From contig NC_043008.1 of NCBI RefSeq assembly GCF_006345805.1, positions 64,852,001-64,916,000 of the forward strand: a stretch of DNA of 64,000 nt. The letters are read 5' to 3'. Shown in pieces: positions 26,280 through 39,552 of this stretch (positions within the stretch are counted from its first letter, which is position 1; each line of letters opens with the position of its first letter). The position numbers and the translations under genes were made by a program. Origin of the DNA: Octopus sinensis (lineage: Eukaryota). The notes beneath the pieces were generated by a model, which saw nothing but the letters and a program-made list of their open reading frames with translations, did not search any database and was not told the origin of the DNA.

Positions 26280-27400
26280 TAATTCCTTGGATTGAAGTCT
26301 AATGAGCCGGGAGGCCATGTGTCTGAGAGAACATGATCATAGATATTGGCACGTATCCACGCTAGGATCCTTCAAGAGTTATGAGACGGTACAGAGTCTT
26401 AGTGGAAAACGTAAGATCTTCCTTTGCGTACTCTTTCTATCAAAGGTCTCACGACTTTTTCCAGCACTTCTGTGTAGACAACGGCATTGGAACTTCGATA
26501 TTTCCCTCGTTACTGACGACTCCCAGAAACATCACGGTTACTGGCAACCTAATATGCATTACTATTGGAACACATTCGCATCTCTGCATAACCATCTTCT
26601 TTTGTCCTTCCACTTTACCTTTTAGCACTAATCGACGCTTTTCTCATCGGAGAAAAACCAAAGTATGCCAGCCTCTCGGTGCTTCAGCTTGATTATCTAT
26701 TTCTTTATTGCCCACAGGGGGCTAAACATAAAGGGGACAAACAAGGACAGACAAAGGGATTACATCAATTACATCGACCCCAGTGCGTAACTGGTGCTTA
26801 TTTAATCGACCCCGAAAGGATGAAAGGCAAAGTCGACCTCAGCGGAATTTGAACTCAGAACGTAGTGGCAGACGAAATACGGCTTGATTATCAAGCGCTT
26901 TACACGATCGAACGATTCCCTCTTATCGCATCCAACATAAACTGAATCCTCTGTATCACATACCACTTGTACCTACCGGATGTCTTCATACACATTTCGT
27001 CTGATGGTACATTATGGAATCTACCAGTGCTTTGCAATAGCTCGGATTCACTCTCCGAGGATTTTATCATTTATTTATTGGAGGCTTTAGGTAATGTTAT
27101 ATATTCTGATGTTACTAGATCTATGTGCGCTTTGCGCGTACCAACTGATGTTTGATTACCGTCAACAGCTTTCAGGTCTTTTGGGACTTTGATAACGAAA
27201 GATCGGGAAACTTACAGGAAGCGAGGTATCTCGTTATGACCATGCTGAGCTCTTAAGGCAATGATTACTGCGTGCCTTTTCATTTGCTGATTCAATCTGA
27301 TGTCTGACATTATTTATCTGAAAAGTAAGGCAAATAATAGGTTAAGAGAAAGTTAGTAATCTTTAAATAGATGTCCTTCATTACTACCCAAAATTGTTCT
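26280..27400 (-). mobile_element. maT (DD37D) Tc1/mariner transposase relic
   Basis: MSDIRLNQQMKRHAVIIALRA..., GILWFFSDEK, PVTVMFLGVVSNEG, and YVFH*DSVPSH...WPPGSLDFNPRNY with 37 residues between the second catalytic D and the expected third position (here N). Stops and frameshifts present. Confidence 0.85.
26698..26881 (-). mobile_element. 5'-truncated SINE family B inserted in the maT relic
   Basis: Same body as 502-916. Exact 11-bp TSD GCTTGATTATC at 26687-26697 and 26882-26892. Confidence 0.85.
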
Positions 27401-27633
27401 ATAAATACTGATCAGCTTGCAAAAGCTTTAAGTCGCAAATTACTTGGATATCGACTTCATTGATCACATAAGAGAAAATATGACTAACTTAATGACATAC
27501 ATAGAAAAAACCGGGTGCATCTTCTCTGGGGGGCGGCCCACTAACTGTGAAAAAACTAAATTATGCAATATATTTAGCTTTGGTCGGAATAATAAATAAA
27601 TATGAATACATATATACATACACACACACACAC

Positions 27634-27706
<73 letters not shown>

Positions 27707-28855
27707 GAATATATGTATATATAATATTCATTAGATTCGTTTTCAATATTAATCGTTAAATTATTGGAGAAACCTAAAAGCGATAAGTATAAGGAATAAA
27801 TTCATAATGCGCCTATTTCGGGAGACGATTTCAGTCGTTCATTGAAACAGTTTTCATTATCCTTACACCGTTATTACCGTCCAGGAATGTATGAATAGAA
27901 AAATAGTCTGCTTCAATATTTCTATAAATTTGTAATGCTGTAGTTAAATAAATCAATAATACGTTTCGATCAAAATATATTACTTTTAGTAAATGTATGC
28001 ATATCTTATGGCAATTCCGATGTAAATTTAAGACTATGAATAAGATTTGTACAGATAACAGTTAAAAAGTAAAGCGCTTATTTAATTTCAAACATTAAAT
28101 ATATTCACGTTAAATTTTCCCTTAAAATATTATAAACTGACGAACAATTCAGAGAAATGGTACAAGATCGAACTATTGAAAAATATTCTTTACAAAAACT
28201 GTTACGGTAAAAATAAAATTATTGATTATTTGAATAAGAGTTAAGCCAGTTATTTCAAACAATCATCGATTACTCGCATTGATAGTGTTTTCTTTGTATA
28301 CACAAATCTTGTATGGGCCATTCAAGTAACATGAGTTACCTTCCAGAAAAATCTACTGGGAGAATATGCAACTCACTGCAAATATAAAGTCGCAGACACA
28401 ATGTGTTATATGTGGAGAACATAGTTATTTTCATCAATCACTTCAGATATTGTGGGAAGTATATGTAGTTCAGAAGAGAAATACAATATGGTACATTTGG
28501 GACAATACTAGAATATGAGAAAAAAATTATGACACCAGCAATGTTTGAAAATACGGCATCCACTGAACAAAGACAACAACATCACTCGGGAAGTAGATTT
28601 ATAGGAGTCGATAATATGGTTTGGTTAAGAATAAGCAGATGAATTGCTTTGTAAAAAACCAAGAAAATGAAGCATTTTTCGTTCGTTGAAGCGACGTGTA
28701 AACGCACAGAACACAAGAATAAGTGAATCTATGGCATACATATCAGCAGTGGTATGCCGTGGATATTTTTTGTAACAACTTTTGAACTTTAAAGAAAAAA
28801 AAATCCCTATATATATATATCATGTTATATATAATAATTTGTATATTAACATAGA

Positions 28856-29174
28856 GTGGAAGCGCAATAGCCCAGCGGTTAGGGCAGCGGACACACAGTC
28901 GGAGGATTGAGGTTTCGATCCCAGACCGGGCTTTGTGTGTGTTTATTGAGAGTAAATATCTAAAAAAGCTCCACGTGGCTTCCGCAGGGGGTGGTGGTGA
29001 CCCCTGTTGTACTCTTTCGCCACAACTTTCTCTCCCTCTCTCTTTTCCTGTTTCTTGAGTAGCGCTGCGATGGATTGGCGTCCCGTCCAGCTGGGGAAAA
29101 CGAATACGCCACAGAAACCGGAAAACCGAGCCTGTGAGTCTGGCTAGGCTTGAAAAGGGCGACGTTTATTGTTT
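28856..29174 (+). mobile_element. tRNA-derived SINE family C variant
   Basis: tRNA-like head (agcccagcggttagg...gtttcgatccc), family C 3' half, exact 14-bp TSD TATATTAACATAGA at 28842-28855 and 29175-29188. Confidence 0.85.
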
Positions 29175-29947
29175 TATATTAACATAGAAGGTGAGATTTC
29201 GATTGTGGGGTTATTAGAGAAATTAGAGCTTCAGCATTGTATCCTTTTTCATAAGACGAAACATTTTGAGTTTGTTGGGAAATATAGAAAGCAATCTACA
29301 GATCGTTCTACAAAATGTGGTGTTAATCTTAAGTGTATCTGCATGTTTGATTACCTTTTCTTCTTATATTATGTTTATGATTGTGGAAAGGTAATAATTT
29401 CAAGATGAACCTATGCTACCGAAGAAGGATATCAGAGAAAGTAACGTTGATTTAAAGGACATGAATAAAAAATAACACTACCCGAAATATATTATTATAT
29501 ACATAAGTTTTTGACGCAAATAGAAAAATAAAATTCAAAGCTCAGCTGGAAAATACAATGACTCTAGGATCCTTCAGTCATACTGCATGTCGATTATTAA
29601 TGAAAATAACGCACGCGCATGTGCTTCAACGATCTTTTACAGTCTGTGTTTTGCCAGTTCGGGGACAGCTTGTAGTGGTATGAAACGTTTTGGCATACGA
29701 GCAGATAGTTCATGCACCATTGCATAATGTCGTACAAAGCAATTTGGCTTTGCATCTATGTATGTATTATTTGCATGTAAGTATTTGTATGTTATTTGTA
29801 ATTGTTATCTGTACTTATGCATTGACATATATTACTTTATACTAGCGTAAAGTATGTGTTGGTTAGTATATATTATATTGTACGCGTATGATTTCATTTG
29901 TTAAATTCTTTATCGCCCGCGCAGTTATTAAAGCACTGATATATATA

Positions 29948-30508
29948 TTGGGTTGTCCGGAAAGTTCGTGCCGATTTTTAAAGGAAAGAAAAGGTTCAAT
30001 AAATACTTGCAATTACATTTTTAATCAACCAAATATGAACCATTTTATTGCACAATGCGTCTCTATTTTTCCTTTAACTCGAAAATACCCTCTTCCCAGA
30101 ATTGAGGTGGTTTCATGGCAAATAATTCATCAAAGAATCTTTTTACGTCATCCAAGGAATTGAAATTTTTAACATTAAGACTATTCCGCATAGACTTGAA
30201 TAAGTGAAAATCCGAAGGAGCAATATCTGGTGAATATGGAGGGTAGGGTAACACATCCCAGCCGAGTTGCAGCAATTTTTGCCTGGTTCCCATCAAGTGC
30301 CGAAAATGAACTTTTTTATCTTCCATTTTAAAGGGTTACAGAATTAACACAGGTTATAGGAACATAAACCTTCTTCCACGAAAAGATAGCTTAAACTGTG
30401 CTCTAAATGGAGATGTAGTCAAATCCTATTTTATGGACTCGACCATGTTCTAAAATAAGTCGCAAATTAAGCTACAATAAATCGGCACGAACTTTCCGGA
30501 CAAACCAA
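29948..30508 (-). mobile_element. Internally deleted mariner element (561 bp)
   Basis: 30-bp TIRs TTGG(G/T)TTGTCCGGAAAGTTCGTGCCGATTT with 1 mismatch, TA on both flanks. Internal RQKLLQLGWDVLPYPPYSPDIAPSDFHLFKSM. Confidence 0.92.
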
Positions 30509-30639
30509 TATTAACAGGAAGGAGAGCACTTCTTTGTGTTTATTTAGTTTGTCGATATCATGTGCGCCTGTTTTATAAGACTAATACTGTTAAATGATCA
30601 CGAAGGGCAAGATCTTTGAAAACGAAGTGCAGTAACGGC

Positions 30640-30722
30640 AACAGCAGCAACGCAGCAGCAAAATGACCAGCGTTAGTCGCAGAGGGAGTAGTAAAAGCAG
30701 CAGCAGCAACAGCAACAGCAGC

Positions 30723-30776
<54 letters not shown>

Positions 30777-30820
30777 GGTGGTGGTGGTGGTAGTAGTAGC
30801 AGTAGCAGTAGTAGTAGTAT
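30640..30820. repeat. Compound (CAG)n/(AGT)n/(GGT)n trinucleotide repeat
   Basis: Direct reading. Confidence 0.9.
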
Positions 30821-31351
30821 GGAACGCGCTTCTCTTAATATGATTTATTGAGACAAATCGAATGAGATAGAATACAGGTAAAGAAATGAAGAGGTGTAGA
30901 GAGTTCGAAGAATTTGATACATATTTACGTAGGAAATGTCATAATATATTCCTGTTATGCACACAGAATAGCAGATTTCTTGCACCCTTATAGGTAAGGG
31001 TTATTCATGGAAACGAAATATTTATTTTTCTTTCTTTCTGACAAGTCATGACATGGTAGCCATAATTTCAGAATTAATTAGATGTAGTGACTGTGGCATT
31101 AGATTTGACATATTCTAGTTTATAACAGCATATAACTTTTTGCCCATCCCTCTTTCTGTCTTTCTCTATCTCTGCTTCTCTTTACACACATATATATATA
31201 TGTGTGTGTGTGTGTGTATGTGTGTGTGTGTGTGTATACACGTATATGTATTTATAAATATATAAATGAAAGAATATTATGCATGTATATCTATACGTAT
31301 GTGTGTATGTGTGTGAATGTGTGGGGTTGTACCCCTCTCTCTCTCACTGTA

Positions 31352-31410
<59 letters not shown>

Positions 31411-31659
31411 TCATATATGTATATAGAGAAATATAGAAAGATAGATAAATGGATAGATAAGATAGATAAATACATGGATAGACAGACAGATAAGTAAATT
31501 AATAGATTGATAGATAGAGAGATAGGGATAGAGAGAGAGATACACAAACGCAAAGACGGAGGGACGCACGTACGCGCAAACAAGATACACAGAAACATAC
31601 ACGCACATAGAGACGCATATACAAACTGTTACACGAGCGAGCTCAATGGAAGCAATTAT

Positions 31660-32165
31660 ATTGAAACAACCATCTCTGTACCATTCTTGATGCACTTTTA
31701 AATTACACGTTGTATGTTCATTTTTCTTTGACTCAACATGTCTATGAAAAGATTTTCCCTCAGACAAATCACTCAGCATCATGCCTTTCTATATGTTTAT
31801 GGAGAGTTTTTCTCACATGCAAAAACCACAGCAACATGCATTCAAATGTTGTCTATGCATTAAATATGGTACAACGAAACGTACACACAGACATATATAT
31901 GAGAGAGACATGCTGTGTTAAAAAGCACAGTATACACTGGAATGGTGCGCATATCGTCTCAGCAGTAACTCTCAAGTTTTCCAGACTCGTTTCAATGATT
32001 TTCAGTTTTGTGAATGAGGGTTAGCTGCACATCACATATATAAACGAAAATTTGTCCTCCACGATATACAAAGAACATTGACTAATGGTACAGAAAGCTT
32101 ACCGGTATGCGCCTGTGGAACAGGTGTATCTTAAAATAACCATCTCTGTGCCGCATTCGTGTAAA
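31660..32165 (+). pseudogene. Possible decayed C2H2 zinc-finger array
   Basis: Interrupted peptides EKIFPQTNHS, ESFSH..AFKCCLC and VCACGTGVS*NNHL; repeated aaccatctctgt unit. Weak. Confidence 0.25.
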
Positions 32166-32226
32166 TACAAGACTGAAATCTATGATGCTGAGTGATTTGT
32201 CCGCGAAAAATTGTTTTTATAGGCAT

Positions 32227-32263
<37 letters not shown>

Positions 32264-32342
32264 TATAATATTAGGGAGTGTAGCTCCAAACTTACAGGGA
32301 AAAATTAGATTTAGCATTAAATCAAATTCCACAGTATAGATA

Positions 32343-32775
32343 TATAAAATATGAATTAGAGATAAAATCACTATTAGGCAACTCAAACAGTGATAGACAG
32401 AAACTAATACATAAATAACAAATAATATAAATATAGTTTATATAATATATAATATATATATAAATATTTTTTCCAGAAAGTATAAAAAGAATGATAAATA
32501 TAATATAAGTAAAAACACTACGTACGTTTCATGGCTATAATTAAATTTGAATTACAATTAAGTTTAAATTTGTATTTAATTATGGCCATGAAACGTAGAT
32601 AGTGATTTTACTTATTATATTATATTTATCATTCTTTTTATACATTTTGGAAAAATTTATATATATATTATATATTATATTAATTATATTTATATTATTT
32701 GTTATTTATGTATTGGTTTATGTCTATCACTGTTTGAGTTGCCTGATGGTGGTTTTATCTCTAATTCATATTTTA
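32343..32775. repeat. Fold-back inverted repeat, arms of about 200 bp with a spacer of about 27 nt
   Basis: 32343-32546 and 32574-32775 are inverted copies (GGCAACTCAAACAGTGATAGAC / GTCTATCACTGTTTGAGTTGCC). Confidence 0.85.
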
Positions 32776-32817
32776 CACACACACACACACACATACACAC
32801 ACACATACATATATATA

Positions 32818-33174
32818 CAGGGTGATTCAAAATTCTCCCTACATGGGAAATATATATTTTTTATAAGAGACAGTTTATAAGATCCCCTAAATCCCCTGAT
32901 CTAACCGCTCTTGATTTCTATCTTTGAGGGCATTTGAATGGCATGGTGTATCGCGAAAAGATAAGACATAAATCATTTGAAGGAACGCATCACCAACTCC
33001 TTTGCACACGTAACACCAGATATGCTATTACGAGTTCACAATGACTGAGGTAAACGTTTTGCAATGTGTATTCAAAACAATGATAACCATATAGAGCCTG
33101 TTAAATAAAAGAAAAACTGTTCTTATAAAAAATAATAAATTATTTCTATGTATGGTGACTTTTGAATCACCCTG
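32818..33174 (+). mobile_element. Tc1/mariner-superfamily deletion derivative (357 bp)
   Basis: 15-bp identical TIRs CAGGGTGATTCAAAA, TA flanks, internal SPDLTALDFYL*GHLNGMVYREK...NNDNHIEPVK*. Confidence 0.88.
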
Positions 33175-33329
33175 TATATATATAATCTAAATTTAATTTT
33201 CTAAAATATTTTCGTCGCTGACAAAATTCCGTGCAGTATTTGCATTAGTGACTTTATAATAACTGTTGTTGTTGTTGTTGTTGTTGTTGTTATTATTATT
33301 AGTATTATTATTATCCTTTTTATAGGCTA

Positions 33330-34290
33330 CAAGTTCACATTTTTCGATCTTAGTGGGAAAACATTAAGAGTTACTTCCCTTCCTTCATTTGTGGTGTATT
33401 TGTTACTATGTTTATGGTCTTCGTCATTTTGGCCGCTAAGTAAATCCTTTGAATTTTCCTTACTCTTATTATTAGAGAAATCATTTAATTTTTTAGTATT
33501 TAGTCCAGATATAATTTGAGCAATCATTTTTGAAACGCAGAAACCCGCTCTGAGTTTATTATTTTCTGATATTTGTTTTCTTTTGAAAAGTGTTTGGTTA
33601 CCGCTTTGTAAAATTATTTCACTATATTGATTCTAATTTGTTGGAAAATGGTTTTATGAACCATGCTATATTATTTTCATTGTAATTCCTTCAGAATATT
33701 TTTTCTGGGCGTTAATTACTTTTGTACACGGTGTGTAACGTTTTACAAAATTATTATGCATAGTATCATTTAGGTTATCAATTACTACCTTTTTGTTATT
33801 TTTTATCCTGTTTAGATTTATAATTTAAGTAGTCACAATTTCCATTATTATAGTGTTTTGATTTTGGCCTTCTTTCTATTTTATTATTTTAAAATTTTAT
33901 TAGTTCCTTCATGTTACTATCCTCGTTATATTTTTTAGTTTATTTACGCCTTCTAATGGTTACTTGGTGTTTATTCTTATATTATTATCATCTATTTTAT
34001 ACCGAACTCCGTCTGTAATCATACTTTCTTTATGTATATTTTCCTCTATTTAATTTTATTATTGTGAATAGCGTTTTGTGTACAGTTCTTCTTATTAGAA
34101 TTTACATTTAGTTCATAATATCTTAATTTTTGTTAGTATCTTACTTCATGCTTGTCGTTCCTATTATTAGAGTTATCCTTTGGTCCATAGTATTTTAATT
34201 TTTGCTTATATCCTGCTTTATTTAATGTTACACATTCTGTTTATAAATTTCCTAATTCAACGAGCGATTCGAAATCCTTTTTGATATATT
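33330..34290 (-). mobile_element. Penelope-like retroelement ORF relic (post-RT linker region)
   Basis: Degenerate peptides NKAGYKQKLKY, NNIAWFIKPFS, VTKHFSKENKYQKII and IAQIISGLNTKKL resemble the PLE motifs IIWFNPPFS, KHFP..HKLHKIF and IISSHNKKIL. Confidence 0.55.
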
Positions 34291-34291
34291 T

Positions 34292-34294
<3 letters not shown>

Positions 34295-34344
<50 letters not shown>

Positions 34345-34452
34345 TAATGCGTCTCTATCCATTTAATAATAATAATAATAATGATAATGCGTCTCTATCC
34401 ATTTAATAATAATAATAATAATAATATAATAATAATAATAATAATAATAATC
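34295..34452. repeat. (AAT)n tract with a duplicated GATAATGCGTCTCTATCCATTT unit
   Basis: Direct reading; the 22-bp unit occurs twice. Confidence 0.9.
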
Positions 34453-35171
34453 AGTAGATGTAAACACATCAACAAAATAAAAATAAACAAAAACAAATTA
34501 CACGAACGTGAATAAACAGGAGATACAAATATTACAGGCACTTCCACTCACACACACAGTAACTAAACATAGACACACATAGAGGTATACGCATGCGCAA
34601 ATGAAGACACATACAATAGGAATACAAAATACAAAATAGCTGACCGTTAGTAAGGAGAGACACACAAATAAGAAAGAAGAAAGCAAAGGACCCATTAAAC
34701 TCATTCTACAACGTCTTACCCTAGCTATTTCCTCCAGTGAAATTGAAACAGGATGTGACTCTCATAACCTGTGGAAATTACTCTTGGATTATGGATAACT
34801 ACCTTGGAATTGACATTTTTACCATTCCTTACCATTTCTATTATGTAATTATTTAATTTTTGCTTTATTTTATTATTTTACCTTACTTTCTCACCTGTTA
34901 GATTCCTAACATTATAATCTCTTTGATGAAGCTTTGGGGGTTCAGGCTTCGTCCAACCCTTGTCCAATGTTTGTTCAACCTTTGTAAAATCCCTGTATAT
35001 TACTGGCATGATGTGGAAAACTTGGCAGAATTGACAACCCCATAATAGAAACAGCTGTAAAAATTTAGTATTTCATAACTCATTTATTCTTATTCATTTA
35101 TTTATTTTTATTTATGTATTTACTTGTTTATTTGCTTATATCATTTGTTTATTTTGATTACTTATACATAT

Positions 35172-35587
35172 AGGTGCAGGAGTGGCTGTGTGGTAAGTAG
35201 CTTGCTAACCAACCACATTGTTCCGGGTTCAGTCCCACTGTGTGGCATCTTGGGCAAGTGTCTTCTGCTATAGCCCCGGGCCGACCAATGCCTTGTGTGT
35301 GGATTTGGTAGACGGAAACTGAAAGAAGCCTGTCGTATATAAGTATATATATATTTGTATGTGTGTGTTTGTGTGTCTGTGTTTGTCCCCCTAGCATTGC
35401 TTGACAACCGATGCTGGTGTGTTTACGTCCCCGTCACTTAGCGGTTCGGCAAAAGAGACCGATAGAATAAGTACTGGGCTTACAAAGAATAAGTCCCGGG
35501 GTCGATTTGCTCGACTAAAAGGTGGTGCTCCAGCATGGCCGCAGTCAAATGACTGAAACAAGTAAAAGAGTAAAAGAGTAAAAGAGT
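35172..35587 (+). mobile_element. SINE family A, full length
   Basis: Near-identical reverse complement of 18692-19104; (GAGTAAAA)n tail. Confidence 0.9.
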
Positions 35588-36331
35588 ATATAATTGTAAT
35601 CAATTAATAAATATATATAAATGAATGTCTACAGGCTGGTGTTTGTCGATTGATTATCCTCTCCATTTTCTTATTTGCCTTATAAATTCTGGGCAAATTT
35701 CTGTTTTTACCCCCACTCATACCTAGTATTCAATTGCGATACTGCCCTGTAATAGTAAGCACTTGGATATACATACGTAAGTATACTTCCAGTAGTATAT
35801 TGGATATTTATTATCCCTTAGATTGTTGCTTAACCTCTAACGAATACAGACATATATATACACACACACACACACACATATCTATATACGTGCATATCCA
35901 CTAGCACACGCACACACATAGTTATGGAAAATATAGATCAAAGAAAATGTCAAATATAAACGAACGTTATACTTTCGTGTGCTTAAGAAGCAGCGGCATC
36001 CATTTCATTTAGAGTACTATCATGGAGAGTGGAATTTGGCGTGCTAGAATTTTATCAAGCACAATACATATAACTACATGTGTAGGAATATGAAAGTGAG
36101 GTAATTGGCAAGGAAATGTGATAACATAGAATAGTGAGTGTTGCATGTTGTTTATTATCACGTTCCCACCTTTTGTACGGTTACACAGTACCTGTTGCTC
36201 CCCGAACTGACTGCTTTTGTAGCTCTTACTCACTCAACTCGTTCATATCGCAAGATTTTTCCACCCATATCGTGTCTGCATTATGAGGTAACAGTTAACA
36301 ATGTGTAGACCAATCAGTTGCATAAACGACT

Positions 36332-36530
36332 ACGTGGGAGTGCTGAAAATTTTCCTGGTTTTGGATAGTAGAAGAGACAGGAGGATCATCTGTTAATTAT
36401 GATTTCATTCAAGATATTCTCCCCTCAGAGACACACTTATTGCAGCGGGCTTTCAGTTTTTCTAATCCATGTAAAAGAGCTCAGAAGTTTGGGCCTCCAG
36501 CTAGACCTTCCGCGACACACACTTGAAAGC
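36332..36530 (-). mobile_element. Mariner-end fragment
   Basis: tacgtgggagtgctgaaaattttcctgg TIR-like end; homologous to 58426-58640. Confidence 0.5.
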
Positions 36531-37679
36531 CATGGCTGGTTGTCCTACAACAGCACACCAAGCTGTTGGACTACACCCATCTTCACATAGCTTTTGTTAC
36601 ATGGATGTGGAATAGGAGGTGTTCAAGATGAAGTTTACCCATATCTGTCTCTCATATAAACAAGGACCTGCAAGGACCAGGTTGGAACTATAACAAATAT
36701 CATAAACTTCTTTTATTTTTCAAACGTATTTTGTTACTTTAACTCCAATTTGATTCGTGTGCCTTTAGAAACACAGGAAAACACAGGCAAATTGATTCGC
36801 ATTTGCTGAGTGTAGCATTGTGTGGAGTCTTAATGAGATTTTCTGATAAGCACGTGCAAACAGTCAAGATTTTGCTGACTAATCACTCATTCCGTAGCGT
36901 AGAAAATCATTTCAATATTCGTCACAGTTCACTGCGTTCGCTTTCATTTTACTTCATTTAGTGTAATTATGAACACTCTCGTTGACGTCCTGACGAATGA
37001 GTTAAACATTTTGATGGGCAATAATTCGAACATCAATAAAAAAGAGATTGCAGAGTCTGTTTTTTGGACGTGGTAATTATTATGATAATTACTACTTGGC
37101 AGATAATAATTAAAATTAGATTTATAACAGTACAAATAAGGTTCTTAAAAAACAGAAATAAATTGGTCGGTAGAATATGAATTAATTTGAAACCTTCGTT
37201 TCACAGCCTCTCCCTTTTCACGACTGTGAATGTTCGGATAACCTATGAAAACTAGATCCATCACAACAGCAGTTGATGAAAAACTCTTTAAAATGCTTGA
37301 AGTAAAATATCCATCTCATTAACATATGAATTTGAAATATTTTTCGTTTGACCTTAACAACTACTTAATGGCATGATTATGTTCACATTTGATCTAACCT
37401 TCGATGAGGATCCACAACTGATGCTTGGACTTAAAGATAAAATCTTTTTCACTGATATGCAGCACATTTATCATCCGCAAAAGAAAGAAGAGGTTCTGTT
37501 CCTCATTGAACATCATCTGCCGAACACAAAATGCACCCTTGTTGCCTTATTTACAGAACGTCTATATTAAAACGTTAGCAAAATATAATTGTAGTGATAT
37601 ATCAATGTAGTGATATAGCTTAAATTTTGCACCCATTTCATTATTTCATTGTAGTGATTTGACTACACATAACATATGG

Positions 37680-37739
<60 letters not shown>

Positions 37740-38739
37740 CTGTATTTCTGTGTGTGTGTCTGTGTCTGTGTCTCTGTGTCTGTGTCTGTGTCTCTGTATG
37801 AATGTAAACATGTAATTGTGTGTATATATATATGTGTGTGTGTGTTGTGTGTGTGTGTGTATGTGTTTGTGTGTGTGTGCGTGTGTGTGCGTATCCGTCA
37901 TACAGTCAGCGACAGTCACTCGCTTGGTTGGTGGTAGAAAAGTAGCAGTTCCAAACAGTTACGTTTACGAGAGTATAAAACTACAGAAATCCCTTGAAGC
38001 CACATACAATCGGACTAAAGAAAATAAAAGACACGTCAATGTTAAAATTTGTCAAGTAACCTGTATCAGAAAAGAGAGAATCAGGAATTATGGCAAACTT
38101 GGAGTCACAGTCATTCGTAATCTGGGAAACCTAGAAAATCTGAGTAATAATACAACATTATAGGTTACCATATTTCTAAGATGGTAGCAAAATGTAAGTG
38201 AACAGCTAGTTGGATCCTAAAATCGTTCAAAGATTAAACATTGGGGTTTGGTTTTTAAATCGCCTTGGGGAATATACAGTATTCAGTAGGCTATGTGTGA
38301 AAGGGACAATAAAATAACGAATATTACATATAGGCTTCCAAATTTTTAATACCCGGAACATTTGCATTTATCTATGTACAACAATAATTAGAACGTTGAA
38401 AAACAAGCAACGTACATTAGACAGTGAAAGCCTTAGTTAAAGAATTTAATGCGTAAAGTACTTTACTAATTTATCTAAAATATTTTCAATTACTATGTAA
38501 GACGCAAAAAGTTGAATAATTGATAACGCTGTCACAATACTGACCGGCAGATTTTCTGAGTAGCGCCTAAGGTTGTTCCGTTTGATAATCGAATATCCTA
38601 GTCTTTCATAGGTTTAATCAAATTCCTTCAAAGTCTGACAAAATTTTCATTGAAGTCTACTGTTATTTTGTTACATACTAGTCAACCTGACTGGTGGAAT
38701 CATGTTCAGATACAACTGATTTGTATTGTTTTAGTCATT

Positions 38740-38922
38740 GTATTCTTTTAGTTATTATTTGACTGCAGCCATGCTGGAGCACCGCCTTTAGTCGAGCAAA
38801 TCGACCGGAAGACTTATACTTTGTATAACCTATTACTTATTCTATCGGTCTCTTATGCCGAACCGCTAAGTTACGAGTACATAAACACACCAGCATCGGT
38901 TGTCAAGCGATGTATGTATGTT

Positions 38923-38963
<41 letters not shown>

Positions 38964-39127
38964 GACGAGCTTCTTTCAGTTTCCGTTTACCAAATCTACT
39001 CACAAGGCTTTGGTCAGCCCGAGGCTATAGTAGAAGACACTTGCCGAAGTTATCACACAATGGGACTGAACCCTGAACCATGTGGTTGGTAAGCAATCTA
39101 CTAACCATACAGCTACTCCTGCGCCTA
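38740..39127 (-). mobile_element. SINE family A, older copy
   Basis: Full-length diverged match to family A. Confidence 0.85.
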
Positions 39128-39513
39128 TGGTGACACATTTAATATATAATAGCTAATCTTGCCTTTTCTTTTTCTTCTTTTGTCAAGTAATACCGTTATT
39201 CGGTGGTCTAACATAGGGAGATCTGAGGAAGATGACTGAAACTTTGGTAGAAACCACGCAACGTTCTCTATTAATTCAAATGTGTTCTCTAACGTGTTTA
39301 GAGCACACACGCACACGCACACAAACGCACACACATGCTCACACGCGCGTATTTATATTCATGTATACATATATAAATATATGTATATATACACGTATAT
39401 GCACTGGGTATTCCGCTATCACAGACAAGGTGTGAATGTTTTAGAGGGGGAAAAATTTATAATGTTATATGATACTGCCTCTGTCTAAAAATGAATGTGT
39501 ATGTGTGTCCATG

Positions 39514-39552
<39 letters not shown>

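Noticed and set aside
34900-35080. TTGATGAAGC...GAAACAGCTG as a hammerhead
   Set aside because: The motifs are too far apart and the stems do not close.
37200-37570. Possible mariner relic on the minus strand
   Set aside because: Only a vague WVP-region resemblance; no TIR or catalytic motif found.
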